Shown in pieces: positions 54,457 through 64,000 of a stretch of 64,000 nt of DNA. Within the stretch, counting starts at the first letter, position 1, and the number at the start of each line of letters is the position of its first letter. A program made the position numbers and the translations under genes. The stretch comes from Candidatus Moraniibacteriota bacterium (GTDB taxonomy: Bacteria > Patescibacteriota > Minisyncoccia > Moranbacterales > GWC2-37-73). The stretch is from the NCBI GenBank assembly GCA_035390125.1, contig DAOOTD010000003.1, forward strand, positions 20,122 to 84,121. Reading direction: 5' to 3'. The notes below the pieces were generated by a model, which was given only the letters and a program-made list of their open reading frames with translations, was not told the DNA's origin and made no database searches.

Positions 54457-57400
54457 CTATTTTTTGAATTCCCGGTATCCTGTTCCGGCTGGAATTAAAC
54501 GGCCAATGATAACATTTTCTTTGAGACCTCGCAGGCGATCATCTTTTCCGGTAACGGCCGCATTGATAAGTACACGGGCAGTTTCCTGAAAAGATGCGGC
54601 TGAAAGAAATGATTCTGTTGAAAGAGCTACTTTAGTAATGCCCATAATGAGTTGCTCTCCCGTAGCCTTTTCTTTTTTAGCTTTTTTAGCTAATTCATTT
54701 TCTTCTAAAAATTGATCTTTTTCAACAACATCTCCCGGCAAAAGATCTGTGTCACCGGCATCAATAACTTTTATGCGACTTAGCATCTGGCGAATAATGA
54801 CTTCGACATGCTTATCATTAATTCCTTCACCTTGGGCTGCATATATTTCCTGAATTTCACTGATAATGTATCGTTGGACAGCCTCTTGACCCATGGTAGC
54901 ATATAATTTTTTGAGATCAACATGACCTTCATTAAGCTGGGCTCCTTTGCCAATCAATTGCCCTTTGGAAACAATTAGCGTTGACTCTGATGGAGCTTGA
55001 TATTCTTTAATCTCTTTTTCTAAAGTTTCAATCTTGATAGTCACGGTCTTTCTGTTTTCACTCACAATTTCCACGACCTTACCATCAACATCGGCAATAA
55101 TAGATTCTCCTTTTGGAGGACGTGCCTCAAAAATTTCTTCAACACGAGGAAGACCTTGAGTAATATCTGTTCCTGCAACACCACCGGTATGGAAAGTACG
55201 CATAGTTAATTGAGTACCTGGTTCGCCGATAGCTTGGGCAGCTACTATACCGACAGCTTGTCCAATTGCTACTAAATTACTGCGCCCAAGATCCAAACCA
55301 TAACATGTGCGACAAATACCTCTTTTACTTTTGCAGGTAATGACATTTCTAATCTTAACCTTATCAATCTGGGCTTTTTCTATAGCCTGACCATCTTCCT
55401 TTGTTGCTAGTGTTCCTTTTTTAATGAGTATTTTTTTATTTTTTGGATCAATTACATCTTCAGCCACGACACGGCCTTCGACCCTATTTGCAAAACTTTG
55501 CCCGATTTTATCTGAATCTTCTTTATATATATATGCACCTTCCTTATCACCACAATCTTCTTCACGGACAATTATGTCTTGAGCCACATCAACTAAGCGG
55601 CGGGTTAGGTAGCCAGCAGTAGCTGTTCTTAAGGCTGTATCCGCCATACCTTTTCGGGCACCATGAGTTGAAATGAAATATTCAAGAACGTTAAAACCTT
55701 CTTTGAAAGAACTCTTTACTGGCAATTCAATAGTTTCTCCAGTTGGTCCAGCTACTAATCCTTTCATGCCCATCATTTGAACTACAACAGATTCAGAACC
55801 ACGAGCTTTAGAATGAACCATGGTGTAAACACTGCCTTCATGGTCAAGAGAACCCTTAACTGCATCTGCAATAATATTTTTTGTGCGATTCCATATTTCA
55901 ATAACACGATTCTTTCTTTCTTCTTCGGTCAAAAGACCCATGGAGTATTGCTGGTTAATTGTAGCGACTTCTTCTTCAGCTTTTCTCATCGCTGGTTCCT
56001 TTTCTGCTGGTACGCTAAGATCATCCATTCCCCAACTAATCCCGCTACAAGATGCCATTTTAAATCCAAGCTGTTTAATGCGGTCTATAAAAGCTGAAGT
56101 TTCTTCTTGTCCTTTTAGTGTTAAGATTTTTGCAACTAATTGCTTAATCTCTTTCTGTGTAAGTTCTTCGTTTATAAACCTTAGACTTTCAGGCAATATA
56201 TCATTAAACAAAATCCTCCCAACTGATGTCTCCAGAATTTTACCTTTAATATCAACTTTTATCTTTGCATTTACAGCAATGAACCCCAGTTGATAAGCTA
56301 GTATTGCTTCCTCATGAGTTGCAAAAATTTTTCCCTCACCTTTAACGCCTTCCTTAACATGAGTTATATAGTATGCTCCCAAAATAATATCTTTTGATGG
56401 AACAACAATTGGCTCTCCTGAAGCTGGTTTAAGCAAGTTCTTTGAAGAAAGCATAATATTGGCACTTTCATCGCGAGCCTGATCGGTCAACGGAACATGC
56501 ACCGCCATTTGGTCTCCATCAAAGTCGGCATTGAAAGCCGCACAAACCATTGGATGTATCTGAATAGCTTTACCTTCAATAAGCACTGGCTGGAAAGCTT
56601 GGATAGATAAGCGATGAAGCGTTGGGGCACGATTTAAAAGCACGTAATGATGCTCGATGATTTCATCTAGAATTTCATAAGCTTCCTCGGTTTCTGCATC
56701 AACCATACGTCCAGCTGTCCTTACATTATGGGCGTATTCTTTTTCTATAAGATTATTTATAATGAAAGGCTTAAAAAGTTCAAGAGCCATTTTCTTTGGA
56801 AGTCCTGCCTGATGTAACTTAAGCTGTGGGCCAACAACAATTACTGAACGTCCTGAATAGTCAACTCTTTTTCCAAGCAAATTTTGTCTGAACCTTCCCT
56901 GCTTTCCCTTGAGAGCATCAGCCAATGATCTCAATGGCCGCCTTTGCCCAGTCGAAGCAGCTACAGATGATTGACCCTTGCGGGCGCTATTATCAAAAAG
57001 CGCATCTACTGCTTCCTGCAACATTCTTTTTTCATTTCTGGTAATAACCTCAGGTGCTCCTAAATCAATCAATTTTTTCAAACGATTATTCCTATTAATG
57101 ATGCGCCTGTATAAATCATTAAGGTCGGAAGTTGCGAAACGTCCTCCATCTAAAGCCACCATTGGACGTAGATCAGGCGGAATGACTGGAATGACCGTGG
57201 GCAACATCCATTCTAGTTTAAGTCCGGCTTTCTTAAAGCCCTGGAAAAGTTTCATACGTTTGAATAATTTTTTCTTATCAGATGTTTCCTCATTGTCTAA
57301 TTCCTTTTTTATACGCTTAATCATCTTATCAATATCCATATCTTCTAAAATTTCACGTACCGCTTCAGCTCCGATTCCAGCCGAAAAAACCTGTCCAAAT

Positions 57401-58041
57401 CTGGATGATAAGTTAAAATATTCAAGTTCTGAAAGAATCTGCATCGGTTTTAGATTTTTGATATCTTCTTTTACCCCCTTAAATTGTTCTTTTAATTCTT
57501 CCAACATTGCATCGGTTCCGCGTTCATTTTCTGTCTTGCCTGATTTAACTTCTTTCTGTTTTTGTTTATATTCGTGCTCAAGTTGTTCTATAACTCGGTT
57601 ACGGACATCTTCATTTACGTTTTTAATAATATAGGCAGCAAAGTATATGACCTTTTCAAGATCTTGTACTCCTATTCCTAAAGCTAAACCAATTTTTGAT
57701 GGAACGCCCCTGAGAAACCAGATATGCGAAACAGGAACGGCTAATTTTATATGTCCTATTCTTTCACGCCTAACAATTGAACGGGTAACTTCTACTCCGC
57801 ATTTATCGCAAACAATTCCTTTATATCTTATGCGCTTATATTTTCCGCAATAACACTCCCAATCCTTTGAGGGACCAAATATTTTTTCGCAAAATAAACC
57901 ATCTTTTTCATACCGCTGAGTTCGATAGTTTATTGTTTCTGGTTTTGTCACCTCGCCATGCGACCAATTCATTATGCTTTCTGGACTAGAGAGCCTGAGA
58001 CGGACACTATTGAAGTCACTGACTTTAGTAATATTTTCCAT
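54457..58041 (-). CDS. rpoC: RNA polymerase beta' subunit
   Basis: Zn ribbon, LKGKQGRFRQNLLGKRVDYS, NADFDGDQM, GEPGTQLTMRTFH. Confidence 0.98.
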   Translation of the reverse strand: MENITKVSDFNSVRLRLSSPESIMNWSHGEVTKPETINYRTQRYEKDGLFCEKIFGPSKDWECYCGKYKRIRYKGIVCDKCGVEVTRSIVRRERIGHIKLAVPVSHIWFLRGVPSKIGLALGIGVQDLEKVIYFAAYIIKNVNEDVRNRVIEQLEHEYKQKQKEVKSGKTENERGTDAMLEELKEQFKGVKEDIKNLKPMQILSELEYFNLSSRFGQVFSAGIGAEAVREILEDMDIDKMIKRIKKELDNEETSDKKKLFKRMKLFQGFKKAGLKLEWMLPTVIPVIPPDLRPMVALDGGRFATSDLNDLYRRIINRNNRLKKLIDLGAPEVITRNEKRMLQEAVDALFDNSARKGQSSVAASTGQRRPLRSLADALKGKQGRFRQNLLGKRVDYSGRSVIVVGPQLKLHQAGLPKKMALELFKPFIINNLIEKEYAHNVRTAGRMVDAETEEAYEILDEIIEHHYVLLNRAPTLHRLSIQAFQPVLIEGKAIQIHPMVCAAFNADFDGDQMAVHVPLTDQARDESANIMLSSKNLLKPASGEPIVVPSKDIILGAYYITHVKEGVKGEGKIFATHEEAILAYQLGFIAVNAKIKVDIKGKILETSVGRILFNDILPESLRFINEELTQKEIKQLVAKILTLKGQEETSAFIDRIKQLGFKMASCSGISWGMDDLSVPAEKEPAMRKAEEEVATINQQYSMGLLTEEERKNRVIEIWNRTKNIIADAVKGSLDHEGSVYTMVHSKARGSESVVVQMMGMKGLVAGPTGETIELPVKSSFKEGFNVLEYFISTHGARKGMADTALRTATAGYLTRRLVDVAQDIIVREEDCGDKEGAYIYKEDSDKIGQSFANRVEGRVVAEDVIDPKNKKILIKKGTLATKEDGQAIEKAQIDKVKIRNVITCKSKRGICRTCYGLDLGRSNLVAIGQAVGIVAAQAIGEPGTQLTMRTFHTGGVAGTDITQGLPRVEEIFEARPPKGESIIADVDGKVVEIVSENRKTVTIKIETLEKEIKEYQAPSESTLIVSKGQLIGKGAQLNEGHVDLKKLYATMGQEAVQRYIISEIQEIYAAQGEGINDKHVEVIIRQMLSRIKVIDAGDTDLLPGDVVEKDQFLEENELAKKAKKEKATGEQLIMGITKVALSTESFLSAASFQETARVLINAAVTGKDDRLRGLKENVIIGRLIPAGTGYREFKK

Positions 58042-58072
58042 AATTTTATTTGAAATTTTTTACAAAGGTTAA

Positions 58073-61000
58073 TTAAATTTGATCGATGTCTTCTTCTGTT
58101 TTTTCATATTCTCCCAACTCATCTTCTTGCAAATCGTCATCTTTAAGTTTGGAATCAATAAGTTCGACATCTAAACATAAGCCTTTTAGTTCATTCACTA
58201 AAACATGGAAAGAGGCTGGTATGTTCGGACTTTTGATTTTTTCACCTTTAATTATAGATTCATATGCTTTTGATCTCCCAAGAACATCATCTGATTTGAT
58301 TGTAAGCATTTCTTGCAAAGTATAGGCTGCTCCATATCCTTCCAGCGCCCATACTTCCATTTCTCCGAAACGCTGTCCTCCAAATTGTGCTTTACCTCCA
58401 AGTGGTTGTTGAGTTATCAATGAATATGGTCCGATTGAGCGCATGTGCAGTTTATCCTCAACCAAGTGATTTAGTTTCATAACATACATAACGCCTACTG
58501 TTGTTTCGTTATCAAAAAATTCACCGGTTTTCCCATCAATCAATCTTACTTTTCCGCTTTCGGGGAGTCCAGCTTTTTTAAGTTCCTCCTTTATATCTTC
58601 TTCTGCAATTCCGTCCAGTGCAGGAGTTGCAACTTTATAACCAAGTTTAAAAGCTGCCCATCCGAGATGAGTTTCCAAAATCTGTCCGATATTCATACGG
58701 GACACAACTCCTAATGGATTAAGTATTACATCAATAGGAGTTCCGTCTGGCAAATATGGCATATCTTCAACTGGTGCGATTCTGGAAATAACTCCTTTGT
58801 TCCCGTGTCGTCCTGCTAATTTATCCCCAACAGAAACTTTGCGCAACTGTGCAACTGAAATTTGTATTTGCTTGATAACTCCAGTTGAAAGTTTGTCACC
58901 TTGTTCTCTAGAAAGTATTTTTATATCAACAATTTTACCATGTTCTCCGTGAGGCAGATAAAGTGAGGAATCTTTTACGTCTTTTGATTTTTCACCGAAT
59001 ATAGCTCTTAATAGCCTTTCTTCGGGTGTTAAATCACCTTCGCCTTTTGGAGTAATCTTGCCTACTAATATATCTCCCGAAGAAACTTCCGCACCTATTC
59101 GGATTATTCCTGTTTCATCCAGATTCTTCAGTCTTTCCTCACCAATATTCGGGATGTCTCTAGTCACAATTTCTGGCCCGAGTTTTGTATCACGAACATC
59201 AATTGAAAAATCTTCAATATGAATAGAACTGTACCAGTCTTCTCTTAAAAGCCTCTCTGAAAGTATGATAGCATCTTCATAGTTATAACCATCCCAAGGA
59301 ATAAAAGCTACTAATGGATTCTGCCCTAAAGCTAATTCTCCATTTTCAGTTGCGGCACCATCAGCCAAAAGCTGACCCTTGGTCACAGCTTGTCCTTTTT
59401 CAACTCGAGGCAATTGGCTCATACTAGTAAAGGCATTGGATTTCTGGAAAGATTGAAGTTTATATTCTCGTTTAAAATTATCTTTTTTAGCTCCGACTGG
59501 GGCTTTTTCTTTAATGACAATATGATTAGCGTCAACTTCAATAACTTCTCCGTCATTAACTGCTAAAACAACCTGTCCTGAATCAGATGCGGCCTTATCT
59601 TCAATACCAGTTCCAACCAATGGAGCTTGCGGGACAATACATGGCACAGCCTGGCGTTGCATATTTGAACCCATGAGAGCACGATTAGCATCATCATGTT
59701 CCAAAAATGGAATAAGGGAAGTTGCAATAGATATGCATTGTTTAGCAGACACATCTATGTAGTCCAATTTATCAGCTTCAATCATTTCAGGACTACCTTT
59801 AACACGAGCTTCTACTATTTCTTCTATTATATTGCGATTTTCATCCGTTTTAACACGTGCATGTGTAATAACGTGTCTGTCTTCAACTGTAGCATTTATA
59901 TACTCTATTTCATCTGAAATATATGGTTTAATTTTAATATTCTTTTTGCTGCATTTATAAATTTTGTTGGCAATTTCTTCAGTAATTTTATCTCCTGATT
60001 TTGCAATGCCTTCAATATCTTCATTTAGAACTCTGCTTATTAGATTTTCTGTTTTATTTTCTACTTCCTTGTGTAATTTTATGTAAGGAGTTTCTAAAAA
60101 TCCAAAATCATTTATGCGAGCATAAGAAGCCATATGCCCCACCAACCCAATATTCGGACCTTCTGGAGTTTCGATCGGACAAATGCGTCCATAATGTGAA
60201 TGATGTACATCTCTGACTTCAAAACCTGCTCTTTCACGGGTTAACCCTCCTGGTCCCATAGCAGATAAGCGTCTTTTGTGTTCAAGTTCAGCCAAAGGAT
60301 TGACTTGATCCATAAACTGGGAAAGCTGCGAACTTGAAAAAAACTCCTTAATGGCAGCAGCTACTGGCCTAGAGTTGATAAGTTGTCCTGGTACAACGGT
60401 TTCAACATCGCAGGTGCTCATACGATCTTTTATATTTCTAGCCATTCTTGCCATGCCGATGCGCAATTTATTCTGTACCAATTCTCCTACTCCCCTGACG
60501 CGTCGGTTGCCTAAGTGATCGATATCGTCGGCAATAGCGTGCGGGTCATTATTGAGACGTATAATTTCCTTAATAATCAAAACCAGATCATCAACTAATA
60601 AAATTCTATTTTCTTCATTATCTTCGCGATTAACATTAAGTCGCTGATTCAAACGGTAACGTCCGACTGAGCCAAAATCATATTTTTCAAAATTGAAAAA
60701 CATTGAATCGATTAATTGTTTTGCGTTTTCAACCGTTGCTAAATCTCCCGGCCTTATTCTTTTATAAATTTCTTTATATCCTTCTGCTTGATCTTTAGTC
60801 GTGTCTTTAGCTAAAGTTTCTTCAATAAAATTAAGATCACCATTATCGACATCCTTAAAAATTTTAATAATAGATTCATTTTTTTGCATCCCAAAAGCAC
60901 GTAAAAGCGCTGTGATAGGAATTTTTCTCTTGCGGTCAATACGGACATTTAACACTCCATCAAGCCCTGTATCAATTTCCAGCCAAGCACCTCTATTAGG

Positions 61001-61513
61001 AATGAGTTTAGCACCAAAAAGTTTTTTGCCTTTTTGATATTCCATAGTGAAAAAAACACCGCTTGACCTAATCAATTGGCTAACCACAACACGTTCAACA
61101 CCGTTAATGACAAAGGTTCCGCGATCAGTCATTACCGGAAAGTCACCTAAATATATTTCTTGTTCTTTGATTTCTCCAGTTTTCTTAATCACTAAACGCG
61201 CTTTGGCTCTAAGAGGCGCTTCATAAGAAATGTTTTTATTTTTTGCAGTAATTTCGTCAGTTTTGGGTTCGTCTAAATAATAATCAGTGAGTGAAAGTTC
61301 AAGATCCTTTCCTGTAAAATCATTGATGGGGTTGATTTCGTCTAAAAGTTCCCGCAGTCCTTTTTCCAAAAACCATTGATAGGCATCGCTTTGAGCTTCA
61401 ATAAGATTTGGAAGCGAAACTACCAGCTGCTTGTGGAAAAATTTTCTACGTGACAGTGATGAAGATGCACCATAGGACTCCTTAACCTTCAAGGCTTTTT
61501 TTTCTTTGACCAT
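58073..61513 (-). CDS. rpoB: RNA polymerase beta subunit
   Basis: SQLSQFMDQ-NPLAELEHKRR, GDKLAGRHGNKG, GGQRFGEMEVWALE; ATG at 61513 (in-frame GTG at 61528). Confidence 0.98.
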   Translation of the reverse strand: MVKEKKALKVKESYGASSSLSRRKFFHKQLVVSLPNLIEAQSDAYQWFLEKGLRELLDEINPINDFTGKDLELSLTDYYLDEPKTDEITAKNKNISYEAPLRAKARLVIKKTGEIKEQEIYLGDFPVMTDRGTFVINGVERVVVSQLIRSSGVFFTMEYQKGKKLFGAKLIPNRGAWLEIDTGLDGVLNVRIDRKRKIPITALLRAFGMQKNESIIKIFKDVDNGDLNFIEETLAKDTTKDQAEGYKEIYKRIRPGDLATVENAKQLIDSMFFNFEKYDFGSVGRYRLNQRLNVNREDNEENRILLVDDLVLIIKEIIRLNNDPHAIADDIDHLGNRRVRGVGELVQNKLRIGMARMARNIKDRMSTCDVETVVPGQLINSRPVAAAIKEFFSSSQLSQFMDQVNPLAELEHKRRLSAMGPGGLTRERAGFEVRDVHHSHYGRICPIETPEGPNIGLVGHMASYARINDFGFLETPYIKLHKEVENKTENLISRVLNEDIEGIAKSGDKITEEIANKIYKCSKKNIKIKPYISDEIEYINATVEDRHVITHARVKTDENRNIIEEIVEARVKGSPEMIEADKLDYIDVSAKQCISIATSLIPFLEHDDANRALMGSNMQRQAVPCIVPQAPLVGTGIEDKAASDSGQVVLAVNDGEVIEVDANHIVIKEKAPVGAKKDNFKREYKLQSFQKSNAFTSMSQLPRVEKGQAVTKGQLLADGAATENGELALGQNPLVAFIPWDGYNYEDAIILSERLLREDWYSSIHIEDFSIDVRDTKLGPEIVTRDIPNIGEERLKNLDETGIIRIGAEVSSGDILVGKITPKGEGDLTPEERLLRAIFGEKSKDVKDSSLYLPHGEHGKIVDIKILSREQGDKLSTGVIKQIQISVAQLRKVSVGDKLAGRHGNKGVISRIAPVEDMPYLPDGTPIDVILNPLGVVSRMNIGQILETHLGWAAFKLGYKVATPALDGIAEEDIKEELKKAGLPESGKVRLIDGKTGEFFDNETTVGVMYVMKLNHLVEDKLHMRSIGPYSLITQQPLGGKAQFGGQRFGEMEVWALEGYGAAYTLQEMLTIKSDDVLGRSKAYESIIKGEKIKSPNIPASFHVLVNELKGLCLDVELIDSKLKDDDLQEDELGEYEKTEEDIDQI

Positions 61514-61785
61514 AAAAACAACTCTCACCAGTTCTTCGTGTCTTCGATTAATGTCTAAGAAGCGCGAAGCTCAGTAGCGAGTTTAAATTAAGTCTATTAA
61601 ATTATTTAGTTGTGTCTGTCATTCCCCTCTTGACAAAAAGATTGTGCCCTGTTTTCACCCAAAAACAGAGCAAAAAATAGAAGTACTTTCCTAAATCATG
61701 TATGTGCACACAAAAATATCATATATGTAAAATGTTGTCAACTGCGCCTATAAACCAGAAACCTTTTTATATAAAATAATTATAT

Positions 61786-61812
61786 AAAAACCGCTTTTAC
61801 AAGCGGTTTTTT
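61786..61812 (-). terminator. Intrinsic terminator after the DUF883-like gene
   Basis: AAAAACCGCTT-ttac-AAGCGGTTTTT. Confidence 0.7.
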
Positions 61813-61830
61813 AACAAGAAGATTGTTTTT

Positions 61831-62088
61831 TTATTTTTTCTTCTTTTTTGAGACTGCAACTATTAAACCGGTAATTGCTGCTCCAAGGGCTGCTCCTATC
61901 CCAGCAGAAATTGCAGCCGCTTTTTTAGGATTTTTTTTGATGTAGTTTCCAACTTTTTTTACAGCTACATCCATTTCCTTTTTAATTTTTTCATATTCCT
62001 TCATTGCAATTTTCTCAAGATCCGCACCTTTTTTTTGAGCAATTAAAATGTTCTTATTAATTGCTTTTTTTACTTTTCTTGTATTCAT
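61831..62088 (-). CDS. DUF883/ElaB/YqjD-like tail-anchored protein
   Basis: Helical N-terminus, YIKKNPKKAAAISAGIGAALG TM, poly-Lys tail. Confidence 0.6.
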   Translation of the reverse strand: MNTRKVKKAINKNILIAQKKGADLEKIAMKEYEKIKKEMDVAVKKVGNYIKKNPKKAAAISAGIGAALGAAITGLIVAVSKKKKK

Positions 62089-62152
62089 GTTTTATTTAAT
62101 TAAATTATTTAAAGTAGGATTTTAGCCTACAAAACTAACGGTTACTAAAATT

Positions 62153-62449
62153 TCAATCTTTAGACAATATATAACCAAATATAATAACAACAAAGCCTAC
62201 TAAACTCCAGCCAACCCATTGCAATTCATCACTTAAAAAAGTATTAACCATTATAGCAATACTTGTCAGAAAAAAAATAGCTCCAATCAACAATAAAATA
62301 GCTCCAATTGTACGTCTTTTCAGTTGATTTATAAATAGAGCAATTTTTTTAGATATATTGTTGCCAAAACGTTCAAGTATGTTACTTGCAAATCCTTGCA
62401 GAATTTTTTTCAGCTCGTTTTTATCTTCTTTTTTGTTTTTATTTTTCAT
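62153..62449 (-). CDS. Small two-TM membrane protein (YqjE/holin-like)
   Basis: Amphipathic N-terminus plus two TMs, next to the DUF883-like gene. Confidence 0.5.
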   Translation of the reverse strand: MKNKNKKEDKNELKKILQGFASNILERFGNNISKKIALFINQLKRRTIGAILLLIGAIFFLTSIAIMVNTFLSDELQWVGWSLVGFVVIIFGYILSKD

Positions 62450-62523
62450 TTCTATTGCTGATTAATTTTAATAAATTTTATATCCGCCTTATGTCATAGT
62501 AATTATAACAGGTTTTTATTTTT

Positions 62524-62781
62524 TCACCTAATATTCCAGGCCTTAACAATTGACTGCACAATCCTTGTGGAAGTCACCCCTGATATTTCACTGACTTTGG
62601 GAATTATTCTTTCCACTTTTTCTTTCGGAATCTTATTTTTTCTAAGCAATTCATTGATTTTTGGCAAAAGTTGTTCACTCAAAGAATACTCTCCTTGCCA
62701 AGCATGTTCTGCAATTATTTTGCGTCCTGATTTTATTGATAATTTTATATTATTACCGTCTAAAAAAATATATAGAATCAT
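62524..62781 (-). CDS. Minimal TsaB-like protein (N-terminal ASKHA lobe only)
   Basis: MILYI...SEQLLPKINELL...I...SGVTSTRI--SI-KA resembles TsaB HSE-LLP-I--LL...GPGSFTGLRIG---AK. Confidence 0.55.
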   Translation of the reverse strand: MILYIFLDGNNIKLSIKSGRKIIAEHAWQGEYSLSEQLLPKINELLRKNKIPKEKVERIIPKVSEISGVTSTRIVQSIVKAWNIR

Positions 62782-62813
62782 AAGCTGTATAATTTTAAAT
62801 TATAAATTCCAGA

Positions 62814-63551
62814 TTATTTATCAATCTTGTCCCAATCTATATTCCACGGATCAGTTTTTCTTCCTGGCGCAATATCATTATGGCCTAGAACATATTTTAT
62901 TTGGTACTGTTTTTTAAGCAAATCTATCAGCCAATTCAGTGAATCGTATTGATTATCAGTAAATTTTCCTTCCTTAATATTTATCATCTCAATTCCGACA
63001 GAAAAGTTGTTTACATCAGTACGTCCATCTGGCATTTTACTGGTTCCGGCATGATAAGCAATATCCTGGTCTGCAACAAGACGATAAATTTTCCCGCCAC
63101 GATCAATGAGATAATGAGGAGAAACTCCATATTGTTTATACTCCGCAATAACGCCCTCAACACTATACGGATCGTTACCTATGGCATCGTATGCTGAATG
63201 TACTATTATTGTATCTATTTTCCTGTTACTGGAAATTTTAAATCCCCACGAAACAAGTCTGCTTATAATTTTATCTTCTTTATTTTCTCTGCTACTTGTC
63301 GTTTGTTCTTTGTCAATTGTTGTTTGTTGTTTATCATTTATAACTACTTCTTGAATACTATTTCCTGTTTCTTGATTCCCATTTTCTGATTTCTGATTAC
63401 TGTTTTCTGCCTCCTGCCCATTGTTTATCGCCTGTTGACTCTGAACTGAAATTTGTATAGTTTTTTTCTGACGAAAAAGTATAAACCCGAAAATTACCAA
63501 TAAAATTATGGCGATAAAAATAATAATTGATATGATAATTCTCTTTTGCAT
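62814..63551 (-). CDS. Membrane-anchored N-acetylmuramoyl-L-alanine amidase (Amidase_2/AmpD-like)
   Basis: IIVH, VSPHYLIDR-G, AYHAG, N--SVGIE, GHNDIAPGRKTDP. Confidence 0.88.
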   Translation of the reverse strand: MQKRIIISIIIFIAIILLVIFGFILFRQKKTIQISVQSQQAINNGQEAENSNQKSENGNQETGNSIQEVVINDKQQTTIDKEQTTSSRENKEDKIISRLVSWGFKISSNRKIDTIIVHSAYDAIGNDPYSVEGVIAEYKQYGVSPHYLIDRGGKIYRLVADQDIAYHAGTSKMPDGRTDVNNFSVGIEMINIKEGKFTDNQYDSLNWLIDLLKKQYQIKYVLGHNDIAPGRKTDPWNIDWDKIDK

Positions 63552-63571
63552 ATCTTAAATTTAATAAAAAT

Positions 63572-64000
63572 TTAATCGTCCTCTTCATCTTCCTCGTCCT
63601 CATCCTTTCCTTTTTGGTTTTTGAACTGATCTAACCATTGGTTAAACATAGGATCGGTGGGATCAGGCATAGCGATATTCATAAACTTTCCTGAATCATC
63701 TTTGCCGTAACCATATTCCAGTTTTATGCTGACCTTATCTGAATCTGTTTTTTTTGCCTTATCTTCTGATATTTTTTTGCCAGACTTATTATTATAATAA
63801 ACAATTCTGGCAGTTATGCCAGCTATCTGTTCTTTGTCTTTTACAACTTCATAAGGCACAAACTCTTCATTAGATTTATTGGCTAAAACCCGAATCATAA
63901 AATCATTCCAAATTGGAGCTGCCACGTAAACTCCGTCTGAACCGATTTTCATGGCGTGATTGTCATTGTTGCCTGCCCATACTCCAACAGCCAAGGAAGG
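63572..64000 (-). CDS. Penicillin-binding protein (class A), C-terminal part
   Basis: PSLAVGVWAGNNDN--M....AAPIWNDFM; ORF continues beyond the window end. Confidence 0.75.
   Translation of the reverse strand, partial: PSLAVGVWAGNNDNHAMKIGSDGVYVAAPIWNDFMIRVLANKSNEEFVPYEVVKDKEQIAGITARIVYYNNKSGKKISEDKAKKTDSDKVSIKLEYGYGKDDSGKFMNIAMPDPTDPMFNQWLDQFKNQKGKDEDEEDEEDD

Noticed and set aside
48183-61513. Inteins, introns or stop-codon recoding in recA, rpoB and rpoC
   Set aside because: Lengths and motif spacing are normal; reading frames are intact under code 11

Overview
AT-rich bacterial chromosomal segment (standard genetic code, no recoding evident) with nearly all genes on the minus strand. Gene content, compact spacing, SD-poor A-rich leaders and the surface-protein types point to a Patescibacteria/CPR (Parcubacteria, Moranbacteria-like) genome; this is an inference. 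Housekeeping genes: NRAMP-like transporter (partial), HAD hydrolase, yvcK/glmR, nucleotidyltransferase, leuS, folD, tgt, recO, ileS, argS, rsmI, uvrB-uvrA-uvrC-uvrA2, rpsF-ssb-rpsR-efp, recA, rodZ-like, ftsK, lexA, an L,D-transpeptidase, rpoB-rpoC, a short tsaB-like gene, an amidase and the end of a PBP gene. There are two accessory surface loci: a five-gene secreted fibre/Cys-rich cluster (18.4-23.4 kb) and two Ig-repeat proteins sharing a C-terminal anchoring module (34.5-43.3 kb). Most notable signals: (1) an Ile T-box riboswitch with an actinobacterial-style ultra-short stem I but a transcription-terminator platform, separated from ileS by a GT-C mannosyltransferase gene; (2) an attenuator-like leader before rpsF; (3) the modular fibre cluster with a shared N-terminal WTEP domain; (4) a candidate new C-terminal sorting signal; (5) 7-nt periodic repeat insertions inside several genes; (6) an excisionase-type HTH fused to the NRAMP. 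No tRNA, rRNA, CRISPR array, transposase, integrase or reverse transcriptase was recognised.
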